From contig CM075998.1 of NCBI GenBank assembly GCA_038087875.1, positions 250,001-314,000 on the forward strand: a DNA stretch of 64,000 nucleotides, given 5' to 3'. The position numbers and the translations under genes were made by a program. The notes under the pieces were generated by a model. That model saw only the letters and a list, made by a program, of their open reading frames with translations. It searched no databases and was not told the origin of the DNA. This document shows, piece by piece, positions 42,201 to 57,100 of this stretch (within the stretch, counting starts at the first letter, position 1; each line of letters begins with the position of its first letter). Source of the DNA: Malacoraja senta (lineage: Eukaryota).

Positions 42201-43766
42201 AACTAGCAAAAAGGAGAAATTATTGTAAAAAGTGGGGTTGAGACTGAGAAATGTGAGGTGGAACATTTATGGGTCACTTGAAACATATAACATTGTGGGG
42301 AGATCTTTGACTTATTTCTGAAAACACATATAGGGTTGGGTTTTGAGAGTCCCCATTCTGAAGATGTTGCTGCTCTCTAATATCTAACCGATATATCCTT
42401 GGCACTACCCACAAACGCTACACTCTGTATGCACTATAAGAATACACATTGGATACACAGACATTAGGAAGTTGATGTAGCACAGCTGACATACAAACTC
42501 CAGTTTCCATGTTGCTTGCTGGTATATGTACTTGAAGTTTGGTTCACTCTGTGTTTATATTTGAAGGTATATTTTCAATATATTGCAAACAAGAAACAAT
42601 ACTTTTGCACGGGTCAAAAGTACCTTCTACACTCACCTGAGACAGTGTGCTCATTGCAAGTTATCTTAAAATGTAATCAAAAACTGTGGTATGAACACTT
42701 GACTTGATTTACGATGCCTTCAGCTTCAGCAGTACTTCATATTTTCCCTCACGTTCTTACTTGTTTTGGCAATCTGGTTCAGGAAGTTGTTCTTGTACCC
42801 AGATTGTATGGCTAACCACTTTTGTCTAGAGGACCCAATATTTTAGGGCTCCTTGCGGACATGAATTCCACTTGCAGTCTTGAGTGATGCACTGTCAAGC
42901 TTCTCCAGTCGTTCTGGAGTTATCTGGTTGAGGGAGAATTTCCTCCGTGTACTCGAGTTCCCAATCATTAGAACATGCGTTGGTAGACAAAAATGCTGTA
43001 GAAACTCAGCGGGTGCAGCAGCATCTATGGAGCGAAGGAAATAGGCAACGTTTCGGGCCGAAACCCTTCTTCAGACATTAGAACATGCGTTAAAGCTTTA
43101 AGACATTCTGCATGTTCAGTAATAATAATCATAGTGGCTCCAGCAACACTGAACAAGAATAGCCTTCTGAAGGTGAATGCAAAACTTTCATGGTTTTATA
43201 TCATCAGTTGCCAGACCATCACCAATGCCATGTAGTGTGATTCCATCCTTTGTTTGTTCTGTATGGTTTATTGAATAATGCATTGCTTCTGCATTTTAGT
43301 TTTGCGATTTGAACAGAATCAACTTAAATGTACTTAAATGCTGTTTCAATCATTTATCACTGGATTCAGAAATAAAAGAGCAGATATCTTGGCTTTCTTT
43401 TTGGATAACAAGGTCTTTCATCGAAATATTTCACTGTTTGAATGGGATTCTTTGGCTATAGTCTGTCTTGGTCCCACAATTATAACACACTTCAGCATCC
43501 TGAAGTAAATTAAAATATTCATTTTGCAAGAAATAAGCCTGAAGCTCAAAAATGGAAGATTCAGCAGAAGTCTAAAGAATAGTCTGAATGGCTAGCAAGA
43601 TAGAATCCTCTGTTCTTGAGTCACTGCTTTGGGAAGTTGATTTTAGTCAAGTTCTGGGGGGGCTTTGTCATGTCAGCATGGTTTAGTAGGTGCCCTGAAT
43701 CTGCCACCCTTCCAGCTACATGATTTCAACTTGCTCATTTAATCATCTGAGGGGAAGTGTTCTTAT

Positions 43767-44060
43767 TAGTTTAGTTTAGAGATACCGCGTGGAAACAGGC
43801 CCTTCGGCCCACCGAGTCCACACGGACCAGCGATCCCCGCACATTAACACTACACACACACACACGAGGGACAATTTTACCAAGCCAATTAACCTACAAA
43901 CCTCTATGCCTTTGGAGTGTGGGAAGAAACCGAAGATCTCTTGAGAAAACTCATGGGGAGAACGTACAAACTCCGTACAGACAGCACCTGTAGTCGGGAT
44001 GGAACCCGGGTCTCCAGCGCTGTAAGGCAGCAACTCTACCGCTGCGCCACCGTGACGCCC
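43767..44060 (-). mobile_element. tRNA-derived SINE, near full length
   Basis: Reverse complement of the 24087 family. Confidence 0.8.
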
Positions 44061-44257
44061 CGTGAATGTTAAACATTCACTGATTCTCAAAGGCAAAGGA
44101 AGTTTTAAGAATGGCCTGAACTATTCAACTTGGGCGATTACACATTACAGATATTTAAGGGGTACAGAGATTAAAGCTTTAATCATCAGTCTTCCCTTGC
44201 TCATTATAATCCCGATGAACTGGAACCACATACAATTCTTTGTCTAGTAATTGTATT

Positions 44258-44263
44258 TTTATT
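44258..44263 (-). terminator. Candidate GLS2 polyadenylation signal AATAAA
   Basis: TTTATT on + about 700 nt downstream of the GLS2 stop. Confidence 0.4.
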
Positions 44264-44958
44264 GCATTACCACAAAATAAATAGCAATTTAAAAACACAG
44301 AATTCTGACTGTAGCTTTACTTTAGACAGTGACACCGTACATTCAACAGCTGCTAGAGGACAGTCATTTCATAATTCATAATATACAAGTACAACATTGA
44401 CAAAAAAAAATCTACTAAAGCCAGGAGTATTTGTGCACTTTGCACCTTAACTATATGGAAAAATGCGAGAATTATCTTTCTCGGTACTGATTCTAAGTTA
44501 GATTATCTCAAGATGCAGAAAGGTACATAGCTAAATATTTGGTATGTCCAATATAGCTATTCTTCAGATAGTTCCATGGGTGATTGAGTAAAAGGTGCTG
44601 GTGGTGGCATTTTATTGCCTTATTTTAATTTCCTTCTTTGGTTCTTGAATATCTTCTATTTTATTTAACCTTTTCTGATTCTATGCTGCTCAATTACTTC
44701 TCGTGGATATTTTAAATTTCCTTTGGATCATTGAAGTGTGAGTATCTCATTTGTTTATTTTGGACGTAATCACTTGGTCTGGACTTGCACACGGCGGCAG
44801 CTTTGGAGTCAACCATTCAAAAATGGAAGAAATCTGCAAATAACAGTCTGTGACTTTACTACTCTGGACCTATGATAGTTCTTTTAGACACTGCTGGGAC
44901 TGCAGACAGCTACCACGCAACTACATCATTGACATGACACTGGAACTGGGGCCCACTT

Positions 44959-45151
44959 TCAGGCTTTTGTAACCAAAGAAGTCGGTGATGTTTCACCTCC
45001 TTTGCTAGTCTCCCCTGCATTGGCATCAGATGTATCCTCTTCACACTCTGTTGACTCCAACACTGGGTACGATGTTTGGTAGTTTCTTAACAGCATTGCA
45101 ACTTGCTGGTGGTTGAAGTGAATCGCATCATCAAGAGGAGTATTGCCCCAC
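44959..45151 (-). CDS. GLS2: GLS2 last coding exon ([14 protein letters not shown]...stop)
   Basis: Acceptor ends at 45152, TGA at 44959-44961. Confidence 0.93.
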
Positions 45152-48100
45152 CTGTGAATAATTGAGGACAACTCAAAATTGACTGCAGCTTCAAGTTCTC
45201 TGAAGACACATATTTAAAGTATCAAGTTTGGAAACGGATAGTTTTTCTCATTTAGTTTAGTTTTGAGATACAGCGCGGAAACAGGCCCTTTGGCCCACCG
45301 AGTCCGTGCCCGACCAGCGATCCCCGCACATTAATACTATCCTACACACACACACTAGGGACAATTTACACTTATACAGGCAGGAACGGGGTACTGATTG
45401 TGGATGATCAGCCATGATCACATTGAACGGTGATGCTGGCTGGAAGGGCCGAATGGCCTACTTCTGCACCTATTGTCCATACCGTCAATGAACCTACAAA
45501 CCTGTACGTCTGGAGTGTGGGAGGAAACCCACGTGGTCACGGGGAGAAGGTACAAGCTCCGCGCTGGCAGCACCCGTAGTCAGGATTGAACCCGGGTCTC
45601 TGGCGCTGCGCCACCGTGCCGCCCACTTAAGAATGATGAACGGAATAAGTTAAACTGAATTTATAATGCTGCTTGAATTGGATTTCCATGAGTGATTATA
45701 GTGTTCATTCTGGGGAGAAATACTATATGCAACTCGCAATTACAATTCATGAGTGTCAAATGTTTATGGATTACATATCAGAACTGAACTCCACAACTAG
45801 AAGTGCACCAATATTCATCTTTAAGTTCAATGGGACTTTTGATGAAGCAGAGAGAGACTGTTGAGCAAGCAATCTTTAAAAGCAATATCCTCTGCTGCTG
45901 AGATCTGCCACTCACCTGTCCTTGCAGAACGGATTTACACAACATGCATCAAGAAGAAAACAAACCACTTCCACGTGACCTGTAGAAAATGGAATAAGCA
46001 TTCAGTGATTTCAAAGCAGTGGAGTTGGAGACAAGATATGCTATGGATCAGATCCCACTATCCATGTCTGGGATCTAGATTAATATCCATTGGTATGCAT
46101 GTCTTCTCTTAGATGTTGATGGAGCCTTGCAAACCTCACCCAATTTCATGAAGATTGGGGAGTGGGGGGGGGAGAGGTGATGATCAGTTACTTACAGTAA
46201 TGAATGAAAGTATATTGTCCTTGTTCCTCCCACCCACACTCCCTCCCTCCCCAGGATTATGAAAGCTGCAAGACGTACTCTTAGTACTGCGAACTTTACC
46301 CATACCTTCAGCGGCAGCTATGTGCAGGGGTGTACGTGAATCATAATCTTTCTGTTCCATGTCCATAGCAGAGAGTGCAAATCTGGGAAAACAAGAGAGC
46401 ACACCGCAGTCAGACTGTGCATAAATTCAAGATGAACACAAGCGGAAAGCCTCAGTCTGAAGAAGGGTCTCGATCCAAAACATAGAAAATAGGTGGAGGA
46501 GGAGGCCATTCGGCCCTTCGAGCCACCAGCGCCATTCATTGTGATCATGGCTGATCATCCCCAATCAATAACCCGTGCCTGCCTTCTCCCCATATCCCTT
46601 GACTCCACTAGCCCCTAGAGCTCTATCTAACTCTCTCTTATATCCATCCAGTGATTTGGCCTCCACTGCCCTCAGTGGCAGGGAATTCCACAGATTCACA
46701 ACTCTCTGGGTGAAAACGTTTTTTCTCACCTCAGTCTTAAATGGCCTCCCCTTTATTCTAAGAACATCACCCATTCCTTCTCTCCAGAGATGCTGCCTGT
46801 CCCTCCAGCATTTTGTGTCTATCTCCGGTGTAAACCAGCACCTGCAGTTCCTTCCGACACAAGGAAATCTTACTGTCACATATAAATAGTACTCACCTCC
46901 TCAGTGCAGCAATGTCACCACTGTAAGCAGCAAATAACAAGTTCACTACTGACTCCTCCTGGTGGATCAATAACAATAAGATTGACAAAATTAGTTTTCT
47001 TCTATCTATAACTAAATTAACAATTGATCAGAGCCCATTAAAAGCATTAATAATAACAATAAATAATAATAAATACTTTATTGATCCCCTCAGGGAAATT
47101 CAGATGTCCAGAAGCCAACAAACCCACACATTCAGAACGAAAGCAGACAAAAAAATACATCAAATACAATAATAAAATTCTGAATATAATTGCAGAATCT
47201 AATTATCAAATTGTTATAATCGGAGGAGATTTTAATTGTGTTTTAGATCCTTATTTAGATAAATCGATGCAAAAACAAAAAGGTCAGACGAAATCTAAAA
47301 CCAGTGAACTCTTACACACATATATGGAAAACACAAATATAACAGATGTATGGAGGATTGCAAACCCGACGGGAAGGGATTACTCGTTTTATTCAATGGT
47401 GCATAAAACATATTCACGGATAGACTATTTTCTTGTGGATACAAAATTAATTTCGCAATCTCTGAATCCTAAATATCATATTAATGCGATCTCAGATCAT
47501 TCTCCGTTAACTTTTGTTCTAAAACTAGAAGGAATGTCTATGAATAAACCGTTCTGGAGGTTTAACTCACAAATTTTAAAAGACCCTCAAGGGAGTATCT
47601 ATCTAAAAAAACAGATGGATCTATTTTTTGAGTTAAATGATACACCAGAGATATCCCCCACGTTATTATGGGAATCCTTCAAAGCATTTATAAGAGGAGT
47701 CATTATTTCATTTCAAGCTTATCAAAATAAAAAGAATAAGAATGAACAAAGACACTTAGAAGATCAAATAAAACAGTTAGATATAGATAATGCTAAAGAC
47801 CCAACTATGGATAAACATAATAAAATACTACTACTGAAATTTCAGTTAAATAAATTACTGTCAGAGAAAGTTATAACATTATTTCAAATCACAAAACAAG
47901 AACACTTCGAATTCGGGGACAAACCCCACAAACTTCTAGCACGACAACTTAAAAAACGGGAAAAAGAGAATGCAATATTAAAGATTAAATCAGATAGAGG
48001 GGAAGTATTAACACTACCCAAGGATATTAATAAAAGATTTGCTCAATTTTACCAGAAGCTATACACATCTAAAACGTCAATAGACAATAATAAAATCTCA

Positions 48101-51100
48101 GAATTTTTAGATAATTGTAATCTACCACAATTAGAACGCAGGGAACAAGAGGAACTGGGAGCACAAATTACTTCTAAGGAGATAGAAGACACAATAAAAA
48201 CACTAAAAAATGGAAAAACACCAGGACCAGACGGATTCAGTAATGAATTTTATAAATCTTTTTATGATATAGTTACTCCACGATTACAAAAAATGTATAC
48301 ATATGCTTATAAAGAGCAAAACCTACCTGAAACACTAGCGGAATCAACGATCATATTAATACTTAAAAAAGATAAAAATATAGAAGAACCAGGATCATAT
48401 AGAGCTATTGCTTTGTTAAATACGGATCAGAAAATAATAGCAAAAACTTTAGCCAACAGATTAAGCAAGTATGTTAGTAGACTAATACATGAGGATCAAA
48501 CAGGATTTATACCTAAGAGACACTCATTTAATAATTTGAGACGTTTGCTTAACATAATGCATTCACATAAATCTGATGACCAAGAGTTAGCTATCATCTC
48601 ACTGGACGCAGAAAAAGCGTTTGATCAAGTAGAATGGGACTATATGATCAAAGTATTGCAAAAATTCCAATTGGGAGAAAACTTTATTGCATGGATAAAA
48701 CTACTATATAACAAACCTACGGCTAGAATACTAACTAATAATATATTATCTTCAAAATTCGAATTATCTAGGGGCAACAGACAAGGATGTTCACTATCAC
48801 CGCTGTTATTTGCTTTGGTAATTGAACCCCTTGCTGAAAAAATAAGAACACACTCGAATATTCACGGTTATAACACAAAATATTCAAACAACAAACTATC
48901 CCTATATGCTGATGATGTACTACTGTACATCACAAAACCACAAATTAGTATACCAAATATATTAAACTTAATTGAGGACTTTGGATCCTTTTCAGGATAT
49001 AGAATAAATTGGAACAAAAGTGAAATTATGTCGATTAAACCAAAAGACTCAACACATCTCAGGAAATTCCCTTTTAAAATAGCTATGGAAAAATTCAAAT
49101 ATTTAGGAATTGAGATTACTAGAAATTACCATGATATGTTTAAAGCTAATTATAATCCCCTACTTAAGAAATTAAATAATCTGATTAAATTTTGGAAAAC
49201 ACTTCCGATGTCCTTAATAGGTAGGATAAATGCTATAAAAATGATTTTCTTGCCACAAATCCTTTACCTATTTCAATCAATACCTATATATCTCCCAAAA
49301 AAGTTTTTCAAAAAACTGGACTCAGACATTACAAATTTTATATGGGATTACAAATCCCACAGAATACAAAGAACACACCTTAACAAACGAAAAGAGTTGG
49401 GGGGTCTAGCGCTCCCTAACTTTATGTATTATAACTGGGCAGTAAATATTAAAAATATGATTCACCTGCTGGACAATTCTGCCCAGCAGGTGGACTGGAT
49501 TATAATGGAAAAAGGGGATTGCTCCCCGAATAATATAGGAGCGATTATTCTCTCTCCAATAAATTTGAATAATAAAAATTATAATAAAAATCCAATTATA
49601 TATAGCACTATTAGAACATGGAAGCAAATAAAACAGAATCTAAAATTAAGAAACCTATCTCTCTTAATACCAATAGTCAATAACCCATCGTTTAAACCTT
49701 CAATCATAGATAAAGCATTTATACAATGGGAAAGAATGGGAATTAAAACGCTCGAAGATCTGTATGAATTAGAAAAATTACTATCATTCCAACAACTACA
49801 ACTGAAATATAATTTGAAAAATAATCAATATTTTAAATATCTACAAATCTGTGACTATTTGAAAACACACACAAAAGATTATTATAATATGCCTTCCGAC
49901 TTACTAGATGAAGCAATGAAGACAAAGGCGGAATCAGTTAATTTAATATCATACTTATATAATATCATCTTAAATATAGAAATACCCACAACAGATGGAA
50001 TTAGAAGAGATTGGGAACAAGATCTAGGTATAAAAATTTCAAAAGAGAGTTGGGATAATCATTTATTACAGGTGCATAAATGCTCGATCAACGTACGACA
50101 TACGCTTATCCAATTTAAAACATTACATAGATTATATTATTCAAAAACCAAACTAAATAAAATCTTTCCTAACGTCTCACCAATCTGTGATAAATGTATA
50201 TGTCAAGAAGCTACCATAGCACATTCTTTTGTTTTTTGTACAAAAATCCAAAAATTCTGGTTTGAAATATTTGATATTTTTTCAAAATTAATCAAAATAA
50301 AACTGGTACCAAAACCAGAATGGATTATTTTTGGAATATCGGAAGGTATTCCTGAATTAAACGTGTATCAGAAGAATTTACTCAATTATGGGCTAATAAT
50401 GGGAAAAAAGCTTATACTTAAATTCTGGAAAAATGCGCCCACACCAACAATAAAAATGTGGACATCAAATATGTTGGAAACATTACATCTGGAAGAGATG
50501 AGATTCCTCCTAGTAGGCAAAGTAGATCAATTTCAAAAGACGTGGTCTACGTTTTTGGACCTATTACAAGCATGAGGTGCAATAGTAATTTAGAAAAACA
50601 AATAAATAAATAAAAGGTATCTGGACCTGGTAATGGGAGGTAAAATAAAAACAGACTTGGTTGGTAGTTCCTTCTCTATGAAGTATGGTATAAGAATTAT
50701 AATAGAGCGATTGTTCCTTCTTTCTTTCTCTTTTTTTTTCTAGGGTCTATTTTCTAACTTTACTTCCTTCTCTAACTTCTTTTCTAAGGGGCTTTCTTTT
50801 CCCAACACTCTTTTGCACTTCACAACCTTTGTGCACTTTCTTCACTTTTCTTACTTCTTTCTTTTTCTTTCTTAAAGTTTAAAAAAGTGAAGCGGTACAA
50901 AAAATGTATTAATATATACGTGTTGTACATTACTGTAATCTACCGTACTTCTAAAAAATAAAAAATAAAAAAAAATAAAAATAAAAAATAAAAAAAAATA
51001 AAAAAAAAAAAAAAAAAAAATACAATATGGACAATACCTGAAAGCAATAAATACCAATACATGCATCAGATCTGCTCTTCCACACCCCCTGGCCTGTCCT

Positions 51101-54100
51101 CATCCACTGGACCCCCCCACCCACCTCCCATCTTTGCACATTGCCTTATCCTGGACTTTTCTCCTCGATAATCTATTTTCATGTGTGTGCAATATTACAT
51201 ATGTGCTGTGCAATAACTGGTCACTTAAATGACATTATTCATTATTATTATTATACCTGCATATGACACTTTTCAGTGCCTTGTATCTTTTGACTGGTGG
51301 CAGACCTATTTCCCTCTGGCATAAATAAAGTTGTATGGTATCTCCTTCCACGGCCGATGAACACTCTCCCCATAACACAGACTCTACTCACCCACTGAAT
51401 CCCCGTCCACGTTCCGCGGGCATGTTGCCCTATTGTGGGCTCTCCCCGCCAAGTGAAAGCCCGCGATCATGCTCCCTTTCCACGGACTCTACTGAGTCGC
51501 TCCGGCACGTTGTTTTCCCAGTAGATCACTCACCTTCGCTTCACTTCCGTTTCTCCGTGGATCCAGTTTCCTGGCAAAATGCCTCAGGTTATCATAGTTG
51601 TGAAAGTTGAAGAGGGAGACCAGCTCCTGGAAGAGAAGAGAGCTCCTTAGAAGAATTGACCTCGTGATTTTCCTCGGTCGCAGCCTGAATTAAAGTGCCG
51701 TATAACCCTGCAATAAGTGATTGAGTTGGTGAGTGACATTCATACCTGGCAGAAGTCGATGCCTCTCACACTGTTGCCAACTTTGTCTAAGGCAGGGGAC
51801 CAACACATCACGCCCATCACATTGGGCACCACAAGCAGAACACCACCAGAAACACCAGATTTTGCAGGAAGGCCAACCTATGGGCACACATACAAGACAC
51901 ACACATGTTAATATGTGAAGGACAAAGGTGGCAGTCAAAGCAACATTGCAATGCCCGCAGTTGGACGCGTCGACATGCAAGCCAGCTAGTAAATGGCATT
52001 GTTCTCCAGTCTCACGTCATGGATTTACTTGTCCAGCAAATGAAAATGAACTCAAAAGCAACCCAACTTCCTTTGATGCCTTAGTTGAGAAAAGCTGAGC
52101 CTTGTAGGCCAGTTGCTTCAACTCCTCGTTTCTGTTAGCTGAGTGAGACGGGTGGGTAGCAAGGGGAGTGCCAATTGGTAACATTTAGCTGACATTGCTG
52201 CTTCTTTGAAACATATAAGATTGTTAAGGGCTTGGACACACTAGAGGCAAGAAACATGTTCCCGATGTTGGGGGGAGTCCAGAACCAGGGGCCACACACA
52301 GTTTAAAAATAAGGGGTAAGCCATTTAGAACAGAGACGAGGAAACACTTTTTCTCACAGAGAGTTGTGAGTCTGTGGGATTCTCTGCCTCAGAGGGCGGT
52401 GGAGGCCGGTTCTCTGGATGCTTTCAAGAGAGAGCTAGATAGGGCTCTTAAAAATAGCGGAGTCAGGGGATATGGGGAGAAGGCAGGAACGGGGTATTGA
52501 TTGGGGATGATCAGCCATGATCTATTGCGTCTATTGACTATTGTCTATTTGTGCTCCCCATTAGCACCCCCCTCCCCTCTCCCCCATTCCTTTAATGGAA
52601 AATGCAGACCTTGAAGTAACAATTAGATTGAGTTTGGCTGAGATGACCCCATCCCCAGATAGCTTATCTGAGGGTCATACATGAAGTTTGGCAACCTCTG
52701 AAAGATACCCGGGCATTATTGTGGAACTACACCAGAGTTCAATGCCAGACTAGAAAAAGGAGAAAACAAATCAGTTCAAAATTAGATCCCAGTGTACAAT
52801 TGTCCAGTTGAATAATAAAAACTCCTTGGGAAAAACACGACCAAAACACTGGGAATGACAGACTTATTAAATAGCTTTCCCAAAACCTTGAACTGATTCA
52901 AAATGGCACCATTTTTATATTTTACTCACCAAACAATTGATTGATTCAGCGGCATGTTTAGATTAGTTTAGAAACAGGCCCTTCGGCCCACCGAGTCCAT
53001 GCCGACCAGCGATCCCCGCACATGAACACTATCCTACACACACTAGGGACAATTTATACATACACCAAGCCAATTAACCTGCAAACTTGCACGTCTTTGG
53101 AGTGTGGGAGGAAACCCACGCAGGTCACGGGGGATAAGGTACAAACTCCGTACAGACAGTACCCGTAGTCAGGACAGAACCCGGGTCTCCAGCGCTGTGA
53201 GGCAGCAACCCTATTGTTACACCACCATGTAGTGGAACGCAGTCATCACAACAGAATACTGGAGCTAGAGGGTGGGACGTGAAGGGATTGTTCTGCAGCA
53301 CGTCATTTCTCAATTAAAATAAGACTAAAAATTAAGTTAATTTTAATCATAAAACCTGCAGGCTAAAGGATCCGGTAATAACTATTTGACTAGAATTTGC
53401 CTAAACCAACAACATATCAAACCACTAGATGGCAGAATTCCACAAGGTTTCACTACAGAAATAAAATACTATGAATGCTGGAAATCTGAAATAAAGGCAG
53501 AAAATGCTGAACTATTCTGATGAAAGGTCTGATCTGATCAGACCTCTGTGGTTATTAATTTCAGTTGCAAATTTAAATCAGCACACAACATTCAATAATG
53601 ATTTTACAAAATGTTAAATGGCCAGCTCGACATAGATTACAAGACCTACACCAAACCCAAACCAATTAGGAGCAGACGAGGGCATTCGATCCACTTTGAG
53701 ATACCAGCTACCAAGACAGATGTGTACAGCAATTCGTTCCTCCCCCGCACAATTCACCCTACCATAGTTACTCTATTCACCCTACCATAGTTACGGCCTG
53801 TACACATCGGGAGCCGCGCGGTCTCCGGGGAGGAAGCGGCCGTTCCAGACACTCCAAGCTGCTGAGGAGTGTTCACCCGACGCCAGAGTTCCATCATCCG
53901 GCAAGAGGGCCTGAAAACATCGGACTGGCTGCGGAGGCCACAAATAGGCCCCGACCTCAGGTGATCACAGAGGAAGAGGACTGAACTTTGATGCCTTTCC
54001 CCACAGTGGAAATTTTTGATTCTGTTGCGGGGGGACGTTCATGTTGAATTCTATGATGTGTTGTGTTATTTTTACTTATTTTTTTATTTTTCTATGGATG

Positions 54101-57100
54101 TACGGAAACTTAATTATTTCTTCTATGTAAAGCACTTTGGTTTCAACGCGAGTTGGTTTAAACGTGCTGTATAAATAAAATGTACTTGCTTACTTACTTA
54201 CTTACTCAACCAGACGGAACCAAATTAAAGGTAGCTCTTCTTCTCCAAGAATCCTTTTTTGCTTTAGTCCACCCGCCGCCACCTCCATTTTAAATTCCAT
54301 TTGGAATATTTTGTAGGACCAAGAACCAAGAATGAATGACTGTGTTAAAACTGATCTGATTTTATTTTATCAATTGACCCCAACCCCGCATTCTTTGTTG
54401 AATGAATGTGCAGAACAATTATAATATTAAATTTAAAAACAATTGCTCATATTGTGATCTGACTTTCTTGTAGACAATTGTCAATGAAGGGTTAATACAT
54501 CCAGGAGATTGTGTGGATCTAGATGGGTGCTTGGGAGTCTCAGAAATATTGTAATCTGAAGATAGACACAAATGCTGGAGTAACTCAGCGGGACAGGCAG
54601 CATCTCTGGAGAGAAGGAATGGGTGACGTTTTGGGTCGAGACCCTTCTTCAGACCTGAAGAACTATTCAGTCCATTCATACTATTGTAATCTGAACTGGT
54701 TGGCACTTGTCAGAAGGTGTTTGATGAGACAAGATTGGGCATTATTAATTCCGAAGCATTGTTGGTGACAACGGTGGTGTGGACTGTTAAATCAGCAGTG
54801 TTTATGTAATCCAAAGGTTTAGGCTAATAATCCAAATGGTGATTTAAAATCCCACCAGAAGAGATGGATAATTGATATTAAATTAATGAACTATCCTTCA
54901 AATATCCATCTTGTATCCTCCCTCAGTAGTTTCACTGATTCAGCGAACCTCCATGCAAAATAAAAGGCAACTTGAAACACTGAAAGCAGCAACGGCACAG
55001 AATCTAGTCCAGCTGGTGGTGGCACCAATAGTGGCTTGGCAGCAACAGAGCAAGCTGGATCTTGAAGGACACCATCCTGATTGCTGCTATGAAAAGCTTA
55101 CGTGAAAAGCAAATTCGCCTGAGAAGTCGTACATCCCGCAGGAGTGCATCAGGCTGAGGGTGTTCCTCACCGCCTCGGCACTCAGGATCCGCTCTCCAGT
55201 GATCGGGCAAATGCCACCATTGGCCAAGGTAGCTGCCATCACTCCACCCGATTCGCATGTCACCTCGATCGAGCAGAGCTGGAACGGGAGGAAGAAAGTC
55301 AAACTTGGTGTTGCAGAAAGGCCCAGAGGCAAGGGAAAGCAAATCTAAAATTCAATGTGAGATTCCATTTTAATAATGTCAGGCGCTCCCTCCTCATCGC
55401 CTCACTTTCCGCGGGACATGTACCCACCCTCACCCCATGGGCGCTCGAGCACCTCCCGCTCCACGTGCTCGGCGGGCCGGCCAGAAGGGAGCGGACAACT
55501 CTGAACAGACTAGACCAGGGGTGGGGAACCGTTTCATGTCAGAATGCCGCATTAAGTTAGCTGTAATCTAATAAGGCCGCATCCAAGATACTTCAACTAG
55601 ATATACTTCAAAATGTACATTGTTTTGTTAAAATAGCCCTCATGACTTAGTAATGTTTTAATTGTGGCCGTCAGTCGGGGAGGATTATTTCGTTGAATCT
55701 TCTTTTACTCTTTGGTATTTTAAATATGTTCATTTTAAGATTAAAATAAAAATAATAAAAGACGAACAAAAACATATTAATAATAATAAAAGGATTTGTT
55801 CCACAAAATTTGGATTCATTCAAAAGGCTGCACTTAATGGCCTAGAAGGCCGCAGGTTCCCCACCCCTGGACTAGATAGACACAAAATGCTGGAGTAACT
55901 CAGCGGGACAGGCAGCGTCTCTGGAGAGAAGGAATCGGTGACGTTTCAAGTCGAGACCCTTCTTCAGACTGAGACAGAGAGAACACCAGGATGAAACTAT
56001 GAGGTGTCGTTTGGCATCAGATGGGTTGACCAAAAGACACTGTCCCCCCCCCTCGTGTCTCGGAAGTCAGCGACATGCTGGGCAAGTAAGTGGCTGCCTG
56101 CAACCGGACAAAGACGTTGTCAAAATGAAGTTGGCGCCCAGGGGGGGAACCGAGAGAGAGTTCTCAATAGTGTGAAGAAGAAGAAGAAGAGGTCAGAAGA
56201 GATCCAAGTGGAAGAAGCAATTGGTGAGTACTGGAATTTTGGCAAAAATAGGCTTGTGGAGAAGAAGCCGGTGACTAAACGTAACAGGTAAGAAGTGGTG
56301 GTTTAACATTCATCACTTGAGCTTACACGTATGTCTAGCCTCATATATACCCAGCTCTGTCAAATGTTTGTTTTAGTGATAAGTATATTAGGCTGCACCA
56401 AGGTGGAAAATTGCTCTCCGACGAATTTCATGATTGGAGAGAGGGAGAAAAGTGATAACACCTTAGGCAGAGTGAGCACTTAAATCCCAGACCCTCATCC
56501 ACCGTCAATGGTGGTTATTAGTTTGGATTCTAACTGTTTCAGTGAGGGGTAGTCACAGATCCAGCATGCATCCAAATGTGAACAGCATTCAGTCCGAAGC
56601 AGGGTCCTGAACTGAAATGTCATCTGTCCATTCCCTCCACAGATGCTGCCTGACCCGCTGAGTTATTCCAGCACTTTGTGTTTTGCTGTTTGTGTACAGT
56701 ATGAAGCTGCTTTACCCACCTGGAAGTAAAAATCTAGCGTAGCAATCATGTCAACGCCATCTGGAAAGCACTGGGATTAAAAAAAAGATAAATTACTTCA
56801 TGAAACATAAAATGGGGCCATCCTCTTTCTAATTTCAAAAACCATTCACATCAACAATCTTAGTAGCTCCAACACCACCGTTCCCATCAATGAGCCAGGT
56901 TCTCTTTTCTAATGGTTCCAACAAGCCTATCGTTAAAATACTCTCAACTGATTTCAGTTGGATGCAGAAGGGTAAAATGGCGGGAGATGGCTAACTGATG
57001 ACTGACTGCCATGTTTAAGAGATCACCGTTTAACTCCAAAATATAATGTTGGAATGAGACTTTTACATTGTATTGAAGCAGAACAGAGCGACAGTGGATT

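Noticed and set aside
47081..47171. N-terminus of the 1164-aa ORF as the real ORF2 start
   Set aside because: TTG start in flanking repeat upstream of the TSD; the L1 is 5'-truncated
51257..51305. Possible 49-nt GLS2 cassette or GAC-like alternative exon
   Set aside because: Weak splice sites, in-frame stop, no homology recognised
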